A stretch of 53,212 nucleotides of DNA from a virus (taxonomy: Duplodnaviria; Caudoviricetes): IMG/VR virus record IMGVR_UViG_3300023119_000036, positions 1 to 53,212 of that record. One strand, given 5' to 3'. Position 1 is the first letter of the stretch; each line of letters begins with the position of its first letter. Under the pieces are notes generated by a model that ran no database searches, was not told where the DNA came from, and saw nothing but the letters and a program-made list of their open reading frames with translations. The position numbers and the translations under genes were made by a program. Of the stretch, positions 1 through 8,920 are shown one piece after another.

Positions 1-1279
1 GTTCAAATCTAGCAATTTGGTGTGGCTTGAATCCTGTCCATCGTGTTTCTCGTTGTCCATCAGGATGAGCTTTCATAAACTCTAATGCAGATTCTGCATA
101 ATGCCAATGTTCTTGTGGTGCAAGTTTTAGACTTTGCCAAGCAGGATGATGTAGTGCAGGTGTATCAACAAACACACGATGACTGCCGTAGTACGTTAAT
201 TTACCTGTAGCATCGTCTCTGCGTACTTTACGCACGTTGTGTGCCTTTTGCAGCGCATATACGCCCTCTAGCAAGCGTTTAATGCTAGGCAAGCTCAACA
301 TATTAAATGTAACAATAAACGTTACTAGCCCGTTGTGTGTCTTTGCTAGATAGTTGTTTACGTTGTTCCATAAACGATCAAAGTCTAGACCATCACGCAT
401 ATATTCTGCTTGCTTTCCCCACCCGTCTACACTTACAAATAGTCTAAACGAATTTAATTTATTATATTCTGTAATAAAACTTACAGTGTCTACAAAACGA
501 TTCCAGTTTTTTTCAGGCACACTAGCGTTACTAGTAATACTCATATCTAGATCAGGACGTCCGTTGTCTACAACATAATCTAACACACGAAATGTATTCT
601 TGTCAAGTAGCGGTTCACCGCCTGTCATACGGAAATGTTTTAGTTTAGGATATAAGTCAGGCCACCATTTCCAAAATGCTTCTACATATGGATTGTGTTC
701 CCTAACAGGTATTGGATATTGTCCTGTTTGTTTAAAATACTCTATACTGTTGTGTGGTACTAGCGTAGGATAAGGACCGTTTGCTTCAATATCCTCTGCC
801 CACTTAGAACTTAGATGTGGAGAACAGTATGAACACGCTAGATTACAAGCATGATTAAAGTTTACTTCTAGATAACGTGGTTCAATATCACCTTCTGCAC
901 CTTTAGCAATTACATCATCCCAGCCTTCTTGTGCCCAGGGTTCTGATGAACGATAAAATCTATCACTAAGATGATCTCCCTGCATTGCTTCTACACGCCA
1001 ACAGGTTGAACAACCTTCTGGTTTTTCTCCGCATAGCATTGCAGCACGTTCTTTTTTCTTTTGTGCTGTATTATGTAATGCTTTAGGATTTACTTCTACT
1101 TCTGCTGCATCTATTTTATGCAAAGGTGGTAGAAAACAACTGTTGGTTAGTCCAGTTGTTAAATGAATACTTGACCACAGCCACTTGGCCATACACATGC
1201 TAGGTGATATTTCCTCTAACAAAGGAATCACTTCTAGTGCCGCTGCTTGTGGATCTGTTTCTGTTAGTCTTTTAGCCAA
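1..1279 (-). CDS. Radical SAM protein with N-terminal Twitch/SPASM-like Cys domain (partial, runs off window start); paralog of 3153..4556
   Basis: Not in the ORF track; translated by hand from TTG at 1279 (GGGGAA upstream): MAKRLTETDPQ...SPSMCMAKWLWSSIHLTTGLTNSCFLP...GCSTCW...YLEVNFNHACNLACSYCSPHLSSKW...FRMTGGEPLL...FVSVDGWGKQAEYMRDG. Has CxxxCxxC and GGE motifs; frame stays open to position 1. Confidence 0.9.
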   Translation of the reverse strand, partial: MAKRLTETDPQAAALEVIPLLEEISPSMCMAKWLWSSIHLTTGLTNSCFLPPLHKIDAAEVEVNPKALHNTAQKKKERAAMLCGEKPEGCSTCWRVEAMQGDHLSDRFYRSSEPWAQEGWDDVIAKGAEGDIEPRYLEVNFNHACNLACSYCSPHLSSKWAEDIEANGPYPTLVPHNSIEYFKQTGQYPIPVREHNPYVEAFWKWWPDLYPKLKHFRMTGGEPLLDKNTFRVLDYVVDNGRPDLDMSITSNASVPEKNWNRFVDTVSFITEYNKLNSFRLFVSVDGWGKQAEYMRDGLDFDRLWNNVNNYLAKTHNGLVTFIVTFNMLSLPSIKRLLEGVYALQKAHNVRKVRRDDATGKLTYYGSHRVFVDTPALHHPAWQSLKLAPQEHWHYAESALEFMKAHPDGQRETRWTGFKPHQIARFE

Positions 1280-1926
1280 GGATATTCCCCTAGTATGTAC
1301 TCAGCAAACCTTTGATGCGTTTTAGGTCCAGGGTGACTATTATCTAGTGCAGTATCTGCATCAGGAAACAGATTCTTTTTGTGGTAATGCACTAAATTTA
1401 TATCATCTGTTTTAAAATCGTATTGCAAATTAAGATTTGTTATAATTTGCTCCATATTAGGTTCTAGTATAGGTGAAAAATTAATAATTTTTTTTATTCC
1501 TATATTTTTTAACTTGTAATTTGCATAGTTTAAAAAAATTCGTGTTTTATCATACATATTTAATTCGTTTTCTAATGCATAATACTTTTTAGCAAGTACA
1601 AGCCCTTTTGATTTACTATAATGCGGCATTATCTTGACTATATCATTTTTTATTGTCCTATACATTGCTCTGTTACAAAAACTCCAATGTATTATTACAG
1701 TATCATTCACTTCAAAATTAAAGCGTTCTATTTGCCATAATATTTGTTGATTGCTAGATCCGGGATCACTTTGGTTAATACATTCTAAATTTGCAACATT
1801 TGCTACAAGTTGTGGCCAAGCAAACTTGCTAGGATACAATCCTGGACCAGAACCGTTGCTGGCTATACAATCTTGCAAACCATGACCATATGTGTAGCTA
1901 CAACCAAAAACAATTAATCTATTCAT
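1264..1926 (-). CDS. SGNH/GDSL-family hydrolase-like protein (possible O-acetyl esterase/transferase)
   Basis: Block I-like LIVFGCSYTYG, block II-like NQSDPGSSN, C-terminal DxxH (DNSHPG). Confidence 0.7.
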   Translation of the reverse strand: MNRLIVFGCSYTYGHGLQDCIASNGSGPGLYPSKFAWPQLVANVANLECINQSDPGSSNQQILWQIERFNFEVNDTVIIHWSFCNRAMYRTIKNDIVKIMPHYSKSKGLVLAKKYYALENELNMYDKTRIFLNYANYKLKNIGIKKIINFSPILEPNMEQIITNLNLQYDFKTDDINLVHYHKKNLFPDADTALDNSHPGPKTHQRFAEYILGEYPWLKD

Positions 1927-3160
1927 TTAAAGCCTCTAACAAATTTTCACGTAAATTAATATGTATCGTCTGTTGTCTATATAACCAATGAAAAAAGTTA
2001 TGAATTATAATATCATTACATTCTTTATACATTTCAATCCATTGTTCATCGGATAAGTTTATTAATCTATCTATTTCTTTAGATACAGCTACTAATCGTT
2101 CTTCATGACTACTTATGTCATCATACCGTTCATCAATGATAGGATGAAATGTTTTATAACCTAAACTTTGCAAGCCTTTAAGATCATGTTGTGCTCCGAC
2201 TAATATAAACATTTGCTGGAAATAAATTGGCTTAAATATTTTTTCACTAAAAAAAGTTTGGCCATTCTCTTGAAAAGTTTCTGTAACAATATGCAAATAG
2301 CTGTTATGAAATTTATCCCAGTTGTTATCTACAGTAGGATTATCATCTGCTGCATTTATATTTTCTTCGTATACAAATGGCAGACTTTTTATAAATTTAT
2401 CTGAAATCAAAGGTTTTAAATTAGTATATTTTTCTTCAATACGTGTCATTGAATTATCAAAAACAAATAAACTGCCGTTATCAACCTCTTTACCGCAAGT
2501 TAATATACCCTTGTCTCTATAATTTTCTAATAATGCTGTTAACAATAATCTATGTGGGTGCGGACGTCTGTTTAAACATATAAACTTATTAGGTCTTTTT
2601 TGTAATTGACTGTTTCTTCCTTGTATAATTAACTCTTGCGCATTTTCAAAGTACATGTGAAACTCCCACCAATTATGATAAACGTTAATTGTGCCAAAGC
2701 CTGTATCATCTCTATTACCAGTCAACAAAACAAAGTTTTTTGCTGTGAGATTATACATATCACATATGATACGTATTAGAGTTGTTGCAAAATTATCATG
2801 ATTCCACCCTTCCATTGTATTATAAATTAATATTTTGCATCTACCTGCTCTAATGTTTTTTAGATGTCCAGGTTCTATCTCAGTCATTTGTTTTATTAGT
2901 TCCGGATCTTGGCCGAACATCGGGATAGGATAGAAGTACCTTTGTTTTTTTGTTTTTGTGATAATCTGGAAGGTATAAACTGCTTTATCTTTAACTAATC
3001 CTAAATGTATCCACGGATCGCCGTGTATTTGAATTTGAAATTTAGGATCCCGTAAACACTTTTTCTTTACGCCACAAACAAATCCTGCTCTAGGTACTCC
3101 ATCTAACGAAATACCTAAATCATTTACATCTTGTCTACACCAAATAGGAACTTTAATCAT
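1919..3160 (-). CDS. Putative glycosyltransferase, GT10 (fucosyltransferase)-like C-terminal domain
   Basis: 413-aa ORF; FICLNRRPHPHR followed by IVTET...FFSEKIFKPIYFQQMFILVG resembles the GT10 nucleotide-sugar-binding motif (E..N....Y.TEK...). Confidence 0.55.
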   Translation of the reverse strand: MIKVPIWCRQDVNDLGISLDGVPRAGFVCGVKKKCLRDPKFQIQIHGDPWIHLGLVKDKAVYTFQIITKTKKQRYFYPIPMFGQDPELIKQMTEIEPGHLKNIRAGRCKILIYNTMEGWNHDNFATTLIRIICDMYNLTAKNFVLLTGNRDDTGFGTINVYHNWWEFHMYFENAQELIIQGRNSQLQKRPNKFICLNRRPHPHRLLLTALLENYRDKGILTCGKEVDNGSLFVFDNSMTRIEEKYTNLKPLISDKFIKSLPFVYEENINAADDNPTVDNNWDKFHNSYLHIVTETFQENGQTFFSEKIFKPIYFQQMFILVGAQHDLKGLQSLGYKTFHPIIDERYDDISSHEERLVAVSKEIDRLINLSDEQWIEMYKECNDIIIHNFFHWLYRQQTIHINLRENLLEALNE

Positions 3161-4556
3161 TAACTAATCCTTTACATTTGTAGTAAAATTCTACTAATTC
3201 AGGAAAAGTTTCTAAGAAATTTTTGTCTCTTCTCAAATCATACTGTTCAAAATATTTGTAAAACTGTTTCATTTCTCTTGATTTATCTTTAGTTAAATTT
3301 GATTGAACAAAGTCTACGGCACGTTTCATTTTATCTACTTCTGTATCTTGAAAACCGTGATGCCCTACTAGTTGTTCTTTATTTGCTTGCATAAACGCTA
3401 AATCTTCTTGCATTATACGCAGTTCTTTTTCTCCTGCTAGTGCCACAGTTTGCCAATCAGGGTATGTTAAATAACTTATATCTAGCCACAACTTTTTCCA
3501 AGTGTTAGATCCGTTTTGTGTTCTCCATTCTAATAACCACTCAAGTAATTTTCTAAAATTAGGAATGCTTAATAAATTATAAGTTGCCATAATAATTGTT
3601 TTGGCTTTCCAATCTAACATAGGTATTTGTGTTGTTACCCTATTGAGATTTCTTATAAATGTATCAAATTCCATACCGTCACGTATATATTCAGCTTGTT
3701 CACCAAAACTCTCTACACTTGTATACAGATCAAAATCTTTTATTTTATTGTTTTGTATGAGATCATTTGCAATTTCAATAAGTCTATCTATGAATACATC
3801 TTGAACACCAAGATTAGTGTTTATTCCTAGCACAAGATTAGGGTTAGGGTTTTGTTGTATGTATTCTAATATGCGCCAAGTATGTTTGCTTAGTAAAGGT
3901 TCTCCGCCTGTGATACGAAATACTTTTAGGTTAGTATATAGTTCAGGCCATATTTTCCAAAATGCATCAATATACGGATTTTCTTCTCTTGCAAGTATTG
4001 GTATTAGATTTTTTTGTTTCATGTAATCTAAGTTGTGTACTTCATAGTCTCCAATATCGTAGCCTCCGCTTTGTTTTATATCTTCCATCCATTTGCTAGA
4101 TATTTGGGGACTACAATACATGCATGCAAAGTTACAGGTATTATTGAAACTGACTTCCACATAAGTAGGCAAAAACTTTTCATCTAAAGGATTTAATTTT
4201 ATTTTTTCTAATTGTCCTTCATTCCAATCTTCACCACTTTTATAGTGTCTATCACTTAGGTGTCCTTGATTTAAATTTTCAATATTCCAACAGTAATTAC
4301 ATTCTTCAGGTTGTTCGCCTGCCAACATTTTTTTACGTTGTTGTATTTTATGCATAGAATTATGCAATGCATGCGGATTTTTCTCTAGCTCATTTAGGGG
4401 AACAAAATGCGGAGCAGGGTGGTGACAACTGTGCGTATGGCCGTTATGTAAGTGCATAGTAACCTGTGTCCACTTAGCAAGACACATTGAACAACTTACA
4501 GAATTTAATTTTTCTCTTGCAATTTCTGCATTAGAGTTATATGAACTTTTTGACAA
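3153..4556 (-). CDS. Radical SAM protein with N-terminal Twitch/SPASM-like domain
   Basis: CNFACMYC (CxxxCxxC) and TGGEPLL; N-terminal MCLAKW...HSCHH...CNYCW; TTG start with GAGGAG upstream. Confidence 0.92.
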   Translation of the reverse strand: MSKSSYNSNAEIAREKLNSVSCSMCLAKWTQVTMHLHNGHTHSCHHPAPHFVPLNELEKNPHALHNSMHKIQQRKKMLAGEQPEECNYCWNIENLNQGHLSDRHYKSGEDWNEGQLEKIKLNPLDEKFLPTYVEVSFNNTCNFACMYCSPQISSKWMEDIKQSGGYDIGDYEVHNLDYMKQKNLIPILAREENPYIDAFWKIWPELYTNLKVFRITGGEPLLSKHTWRILEYIQQNPNPNLVLGINTNLGVQDVFIDRLIEIANDLIQNNKIKDFDLYTSVESFGEQAEYIRDGMEFDTFIRNLNRVTTQIPMLDWKAKTIIMATYNLLSIPNFRKLLEWLLEWRTQNGSNTWKKLWLDISYLTYPDWQTVALAGEKELRIMQEDLAFMQANKEQLVGHHGFQDTEVDKMKRAVDFVQSNLTKDKSREMKQFYKYFEQYDLRRDKNFLETFPELVEFYYKCKGLVND

Positions 4557-4566
4557 AGTTACTCCT

Positions 4567-5484
4567 CTACTCTATATCAATTATTTGATCTATCCTATTT
4601 GGATTAGTATATACCGTTTTAAAAAATTTACTTTGTTGACTATTTAGAGGTTCCTCTGCGATAGGTACCTCAAGTTTACTAATCAACACTTTTCCTAAAT
4701 CAGTTATTTTTTCGTGTAATTCTTCTTCAGTGATTTGTGCTACTTCGTTATTGTAAAAATCGTTGAGATATTCAAAATCACGTACATTGATGTAGTCCCA
4801 ATCTGTGCACATAGTTTTATACAATCCATCTCTTGCACCGTACACTGCCCATAAACCATTGTCTACATCAGCACCTACCATTAACCAAACATAAAGCCTA
4901 TGTAAATTTTTCCAATGATTTTTATGAAATTCATCTATAGTGACCTTTACTCCGCGATCAAGTGCCATTTTCACACCTTCACGGAATCCTGCTCTCCATG
5001 CTTGTTGAGGAGTAGCATTATTATACACATCCGAAAAACAGCTATTCTGTTGTATGTATTGCACATCCCAACAAAAGTCAACCTGTGCATGAGCATTGTT
5101 TGGATCTGCATTTTCATGGGTGCGCATACGTAATACAAAATCTTTAGGCCAACATTTTATGCCGCCATTTCCATACATAAGTCCGTTTACAATATTTCTT
5201 CCTGCCCAACTTATTACACAGTTTGACAAATCGGTATGTTCTTCAAAATCAATTTCTTGGTTAAGAAAGTTTTCATCTATTATATTGTCGCCATCAATTG
5301 TTATAAAACGATCAGTTTCGCTAAGTCTAGCACACGCTTTATGTGCTTCATCTGATCCTTTTACGCCATGCACACGTTTTGCCCAAGGCACTTTGCTACA
5401 TAAGTCTGCGTAATTTTTTTCCGCATTAGGCTCGTCATAGCTAAGATAAATGATATCGTAATCAATGGGCTTAAATTTACTCAT
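4567..5484 (-). CDS. Putative GT-A fold (GT2-like) glycosyltransferase
   Basis: DIIYLSYDE first strand and FITIDGDNI DxD motif about 60 aa in, a spacing typical of GT-A enzymes. Confidence 0.6.
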   Translation of the reverse strand: MSKFKPIDYDIIYLSYDEPNAEKNYADLCSKVPWAKRVHGVKGSDEAHKACARLSETDRFITIDGDNIIDENFLNQEIDFEEHTDLSNCVISWAGRNIVNGLMYGNGGIKCWPKDFVLRMRTHENADPNNAHAQVDFCWDVQYIQQNSCFSDVYNNATPQQAWRAGFREGVKMALDRGVKVTIDEFHKNHWKNLHRLYVWLMVGADVDNGLWAVYGARDGLYKTMCTDWDYINVRDFEYLNDFYNNEVAQITEEELHEKITDLGKVLISKLEVPIAEEPLNSQQSKFFKTVYTNPNRIDQIIDIE

Positions 5485-6825
5485 CTAATTTATTACCTCA
5501 TGTCCATAATTTTCAAAATACTTTGTAGTATATAAACTTGTTTCTATTTTAGTAAAATCAGTACCGTCCTCAAATTTAACATTTACATATTCATTGCTTA
5601 TTAAATCTTGTACAGGAATTGATAAAGATTTATATAATATGTTTGGATCATACTTTTCAGTAACGCTAAAATAAACTACGTCATCTGTTGAAAACCCTGC
5701 TGTTTTCAAAAACTTTTTAGTAATTGGATTCAAACTAAACTCCCATTGCTTTAGTTTATTATTTTGTTTAATTACTAAATCAAACTCTCTATCTACATGA
5801 AACAGATACAGTTCTTTACCGATTAAAATTTTAGATCCATTACGCAAATCTTCAAGTGCATCAATATGCAAGAAATTTTTATCTACAGAATATATATCAC
5901 TTGTTGCAAGGTTGATAACACTAATTTCGCCATCTTTAACTTCTATTAAATTGTTTCCAGAATAAAAAAATGTTTCTCCAAATTCTCTTTCATGATAAAT
6001 TTCATGCAGATCTCTCATGTAAAGTTTATTATGATCTAAAAACTTGTCGCCTATACCATTAACTTCATCAAATTTTAAAAGTTTATTTTCATCGTTGTAT
6101 AATAACACATTTTCTACAACTACTTCACAGTTAGATTTTTTAAATTTTGTATTCTTTTTTTGGTCTGCTTTAAGTTTATATACTACATCCTTATAAAAAA
6201 TATGTTGTCCTGCAACATGATCTAATTCTTCGTACCAAACATCTACATGAATGCCATCATATATAGGTGTGGTTACTTCTAATGCAACTGTGTGATCTAT
6301 AGTAGAAGCATTAGTAAGTTTAACATCTTCTACAAACAAAAGAGAATTTTTTATATCAAATTCTTCATCTGCTTTATTATCGCACGACAATTTATAAACA
6401 TTATTATTATAAAAAACAAGTTGTCCTGCTTTATAACTGTCTTGTTTTATCCAGATGTCGACACTTATACCTTCATAGATTTTATCAAAATTACTGTGTC
6501 CGTCTCTTGAAGTGCTTACCCGTGTAAATTCGTGCATAAACAAATTAGCTGAATTATAATGATCTTCATAATTGACTTGTTTTACTACAACCTGTTTTGC
6601 TGCAAAATCGTATATAACTGTATAGTCAGCTGCACTTTTTGTTCCTTCAAGTATAGGAGCAACAACATCCGACGGAACAGCGATAACTTCGTAAGATGTT
6701 TCTAGTGGACGCTTGCTAGTAATTTTGTAGATTTTTCCATCAGCTTTATCATAAGATACATAGCTTTCATTTTGTTCGGCTTGTTGTATCTTGATACTAT
6801 TAATTAAATCTTTTAAGTTAGACAT
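5485..6825 (-). CDS. Hypothetical protein with two CBM5/12-like aromatic repeats
   Basis: 446-aa ORF translationally coupled to both neighbours; internal repeat IY[ED]GI.VD[IV]W......AGQ..FY...VYKL. Confidence 0.75.
   Translation of the reverse strand: MSNLKDLINSIKIQQAEQNESYVSYDKADGKIYKITSKRPLETSYEVIAVPSDVVAPILEGTKSAADYTVIYDFAAKQVVVKQVNYEDHYNSANLFMHEFTRVSTSRDGHSNFDKIYEGISVDIWIKQDSYKAGQLVFYNNNVYKLSCDNKADEEFDIKNSLLFVEDVKLTNASTIDHTVALEVTTPIYDGIHVDVWYEELDHVAGQHIFYKDVVYKLKADQKKNTKFKKSNCEVVVENVLLYNDENKLLKFDEVNGIGDKFLDHNKLYMRDLHEIYHEREFGETFFYSGNNLIEVKDGEISVINLATSDIYSVDKNFLHIDALEDLRNGSKILIGKELYLFHVDREFDLVIKQNNKLKQWEFSLNPITKKFLKTAGFSTDDVVYFSVTEKYDPNILYKSLSIPVQDLISNEYVNVKFEDGTDFTKIETSLYTTKYFENYGHEVIN
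6100..6480 (-). repeat. Two 55-aa protein-level repeats (6316-6480 and 6100-6264; period 72 aa)
   Basis: IYEGISVDIWIKQDSYKAGQLVFYNNNVYKL...FVEDVKL versus IYDGIHVDVWYEELDHVAGQHIFYKDVVYKL...VVENVLL; ungapped alignment. Confidence 0.85.
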
Positions 6826-7660
6826 TTAATAACACCTTATATCTTTCTAACACAGGTGTTTTATTTACAAAATCATTTTCTGTATAATGTAAAATACCTG
6901 ATTGCGAATAATTGCCAATTTTTATCTCGCACTTTGTATTAATATAACATCCTACTTTATCTAACCAACTTTTTGTAACATCTTCCCATCCTTGACAGTA
7001 AGATTTCATATGTGTAAATGTAGGATTTTTTACAAATGGATTAGTTATATTGTCTACACAATCTAAATTTATAGCAGCTATTGCTGCGCATACGTCCATA
7101 CTAGGAAAACTAGGAGTAGATTTTGGCACAACAGTTTCGTAAAATTTACCATAGTCTTTGACAACAGTTTCTAGTTCTTTATAAAAATTCATAGCAATGT
7201 CATTTTTCTTAAAATAATGAAATCCTGAAAATAGATTAGGTAAATTATTTTCTATGAATGCTTTTCTGTAGTATGTTGTGTCAGCAACATTTCCTCTATA
7301 GTCATAGACTTTACTTGTATAATATACATCGTAATTGCTAAGAAAATCCCACCAACTGTCTATATTTTCTAGTACTAACATATCGGTATCTAGTACAACA
7401 GTTTCCTCATAAGGCGAGGCGTGAAAAAGTTTCCATCTATTTTCTATTTTCCATTCTTTGTCAACTGCATCATCGCCAAAAGGAATAGGAATTATTTTAT
7501 CAAACAAAGATACATAATTATTAGGAACATCGTCGTTAGTTACTAAACTAATAGGCAAATTATTAGTAGCTTTTAAACTCATAGCTAACAAGCATGCTTG
7601 GCCTATATAATCGCCCGAGTCAGAATCTTGTGCTAAAACTAAAAATCCTCTATTGCTCAA
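6818..7660 (-). CDS. Putative glycosyltransferase, GT8-like (GT-A fold)
   Basis: YIGQACLLAMSLK, KLFHASPYEETVVLDTDMLV (DxD), FSGFHYF, late THMK histidine. Confidence 0.75.
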   Translation of the reverse strand: MSNRGFLVLAQDSDSGDYIGQACLLAMSLKATNNLPISLVTNDDVPNNYVSLFDKIIPIPFGDDAVDKEWKIENRWKLFHASPYEETVVLDTDMLVLENIDSWWDFLSNYDVYYTSKVYDYRGNVADTTYYRKAFIENNLPNLFSGFHYFKKNDIAMNFYKELETVVKDYGKFYETVVPKSTPSFPSMDVCAAIAAINLDCVDNITNPFVKNPTFTHMKSYCQGWEDVTKSWLDKVGCYINTKCEIKIGNYSQSGILHYTENDFVNKTPVLERYKVLLNV

Positions 7661-8507
7661 CTGCCATCTCCTGATCTATAATTCTTGAAAGACTAAACTT
7701 ATTCATTACATGCACATTCATGTCTTTTACTGCGATGGCGTGATATTCACCTAGATAATCTTTTTTTGCAACTAAGAATGTCATAGTTTCGTCCTTAGTA
7801 TTCCAAAGTATATCTTGGTCTGTTATATACGTTAATTTACCTGGCATTTGCCCAGCAAAGTTTCCTTTATTAAATCCGTTTAGAATATGTATTGCAATAC
7901 TAAAAGCAAAATCGTTTCTAAAAAGTTGTGATTGTATTTGATACAATCTTCTGTAATGATTCCATTCTTCTTGTATGTGCTTTATTAAATCGAAAAACAT
8001 TTTATTTGTTTCTGTTTTTCTAAAAAACACACACGTTGCCCAATAAAAGTCACACCCACTGTCGCTTATAAATTCAAATTCTTTAGTGTTCCTATTATTA
8101 CTCAAATCATATGAATCTTTATACAATAACAAGTCTTGATCGCTGTCGAAGCAATTCAAAAATAAGTTATTGTTAACTACAAAGTCACTGTCTAGCAATA
8201 ATGTTTCGTCATATGGTGTTAGATCGTATACTGACGACCTTGAAGAATTTTTAAAATTATCTGTTTTAGATGCCAATCCGCCATCATAAAAACTTCTTGT
8301 ATTTGTTTTGGATTCATATCCAACAGAAATAATATGATCAAATACTTCAGGATCAAATGACTTATTTAGATATTCTATATTATCTGTAATTATTGATGTA
8401 GGAAGATCTAAATGTTTTTTAACTTTTTTTGCTAGATAAACAGCTTGTTTTACATAATCTATATTATTGTTGTTTCTAGCAATTACTAATACACCTTTAT
8501 TCATCAA
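7650..8507 (-). CDS. Putative glycosyltransferase, GT8-like; paralog of 6818..7660
   Basis: YVKQAVYLAK, TPYDETLLLDSDFVV (DxD), RND, HVMNK. The real start may be the ATG at 8504. Confidence 0.75.
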   Translation of the reverse strand: MMNKGVLVIARNNNNIDYVKQAVYLAKKVKKHLDLPTSIITDNIEYLNKSFDPEVFDHIISVGYESKTNTRSFYDGGLASKTDNFKNSSRSSVYDLTPYDETLLLDSDFVVNNNLFLNCFDSDQDLLLYKDSYDLSNNRNTKEFEFISDSGCDFYWATCVFFRKTETNKMFFDLIKHIQEEWNHYRRLYQIQSQLFRNDFAFSIAIHILNGFNKGNFAGQMPGKLTYITDQDILWNTKDETMTFLVAKKDYLGEYHAIAVKDMNVHVMNKFSLSRIIDQEMAVEQ

Positions 8508-8850
8508 TTTCTACTAATTTTGATACACTTCTTTTTTTCTTTAAATTTACAAATTCATTATAATATTCGTTAGATGCAGTAAAGTATACATCAAGAATAT
8601 TAGCATGGAAATTTTCTAAATCTGTAATTTGTACTGGAGATCCGTTATCGTCAACTAATACAACTTCTGTGTTATCAGTAGAAACAAGAGTATAACAAAA
8701 ATTAATTAACTCCTTTGTCACTGTAAATTGTGCACCAAGATGATAATAAAGTAAGTCTTGATTGTATTTTTCTGCTAATGCACGTTTTTGATTATTAAAA
8801 GTAACCATATAGTTACTAAAGTCAAGTGCTTTTTGAAGACGTTCGTCCAT
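8497..8850 (-). CDS. Small hypothetical protein (weakly reminiscent of DUF4376-type fibre-associated proteins)
   Basis: 117 aa, AGGAGA RBS, first gene behind a sigma70-type promoter. The family hint rests only on LVDDNGSPVQI and is weak. Confidence 0.7.
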   Translation of the reverse strand: MDERLQKALDFSNYMVTFNNQKRALAEKYNQDLLYYHLGAQFTVTKELINFCYTLVSTDNTEVVLVDDNGSPVQITDLENFHANILDVYFTASNEYYNEFVNLKKKRSVSKLVEIDE

Positions 8851-8879
8851 AGAGATTCTCCTAGTATACTTTAACTTAT

Positions 8880-8908
8880 AGTATATAACAGATTTTTACG
8901 ATTGTCAA
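8880..8908 (-). promoter_or_regulatory. Sigma70-type promoter for the glycosyltransferase/radical SAM cluster
   Basis: Minus strand TTGACA (8908-8903), N17, TATACT (8885-8880) in the 70-bp intergenic gap. Confidence 0.8.
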
Positions 8909-8920
8909 TGAAAGTTTGGC

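Noticed and set aside
1-4556. Radical SAM genes as MoaA, QueE, viperin or RiPP maturases
   Set aside because: No pathway partners or short precursor peptide are visible, and the N-terminal Cys domain does not fit those families. The cluster is cut by the window edge, so this is not fully excluded.
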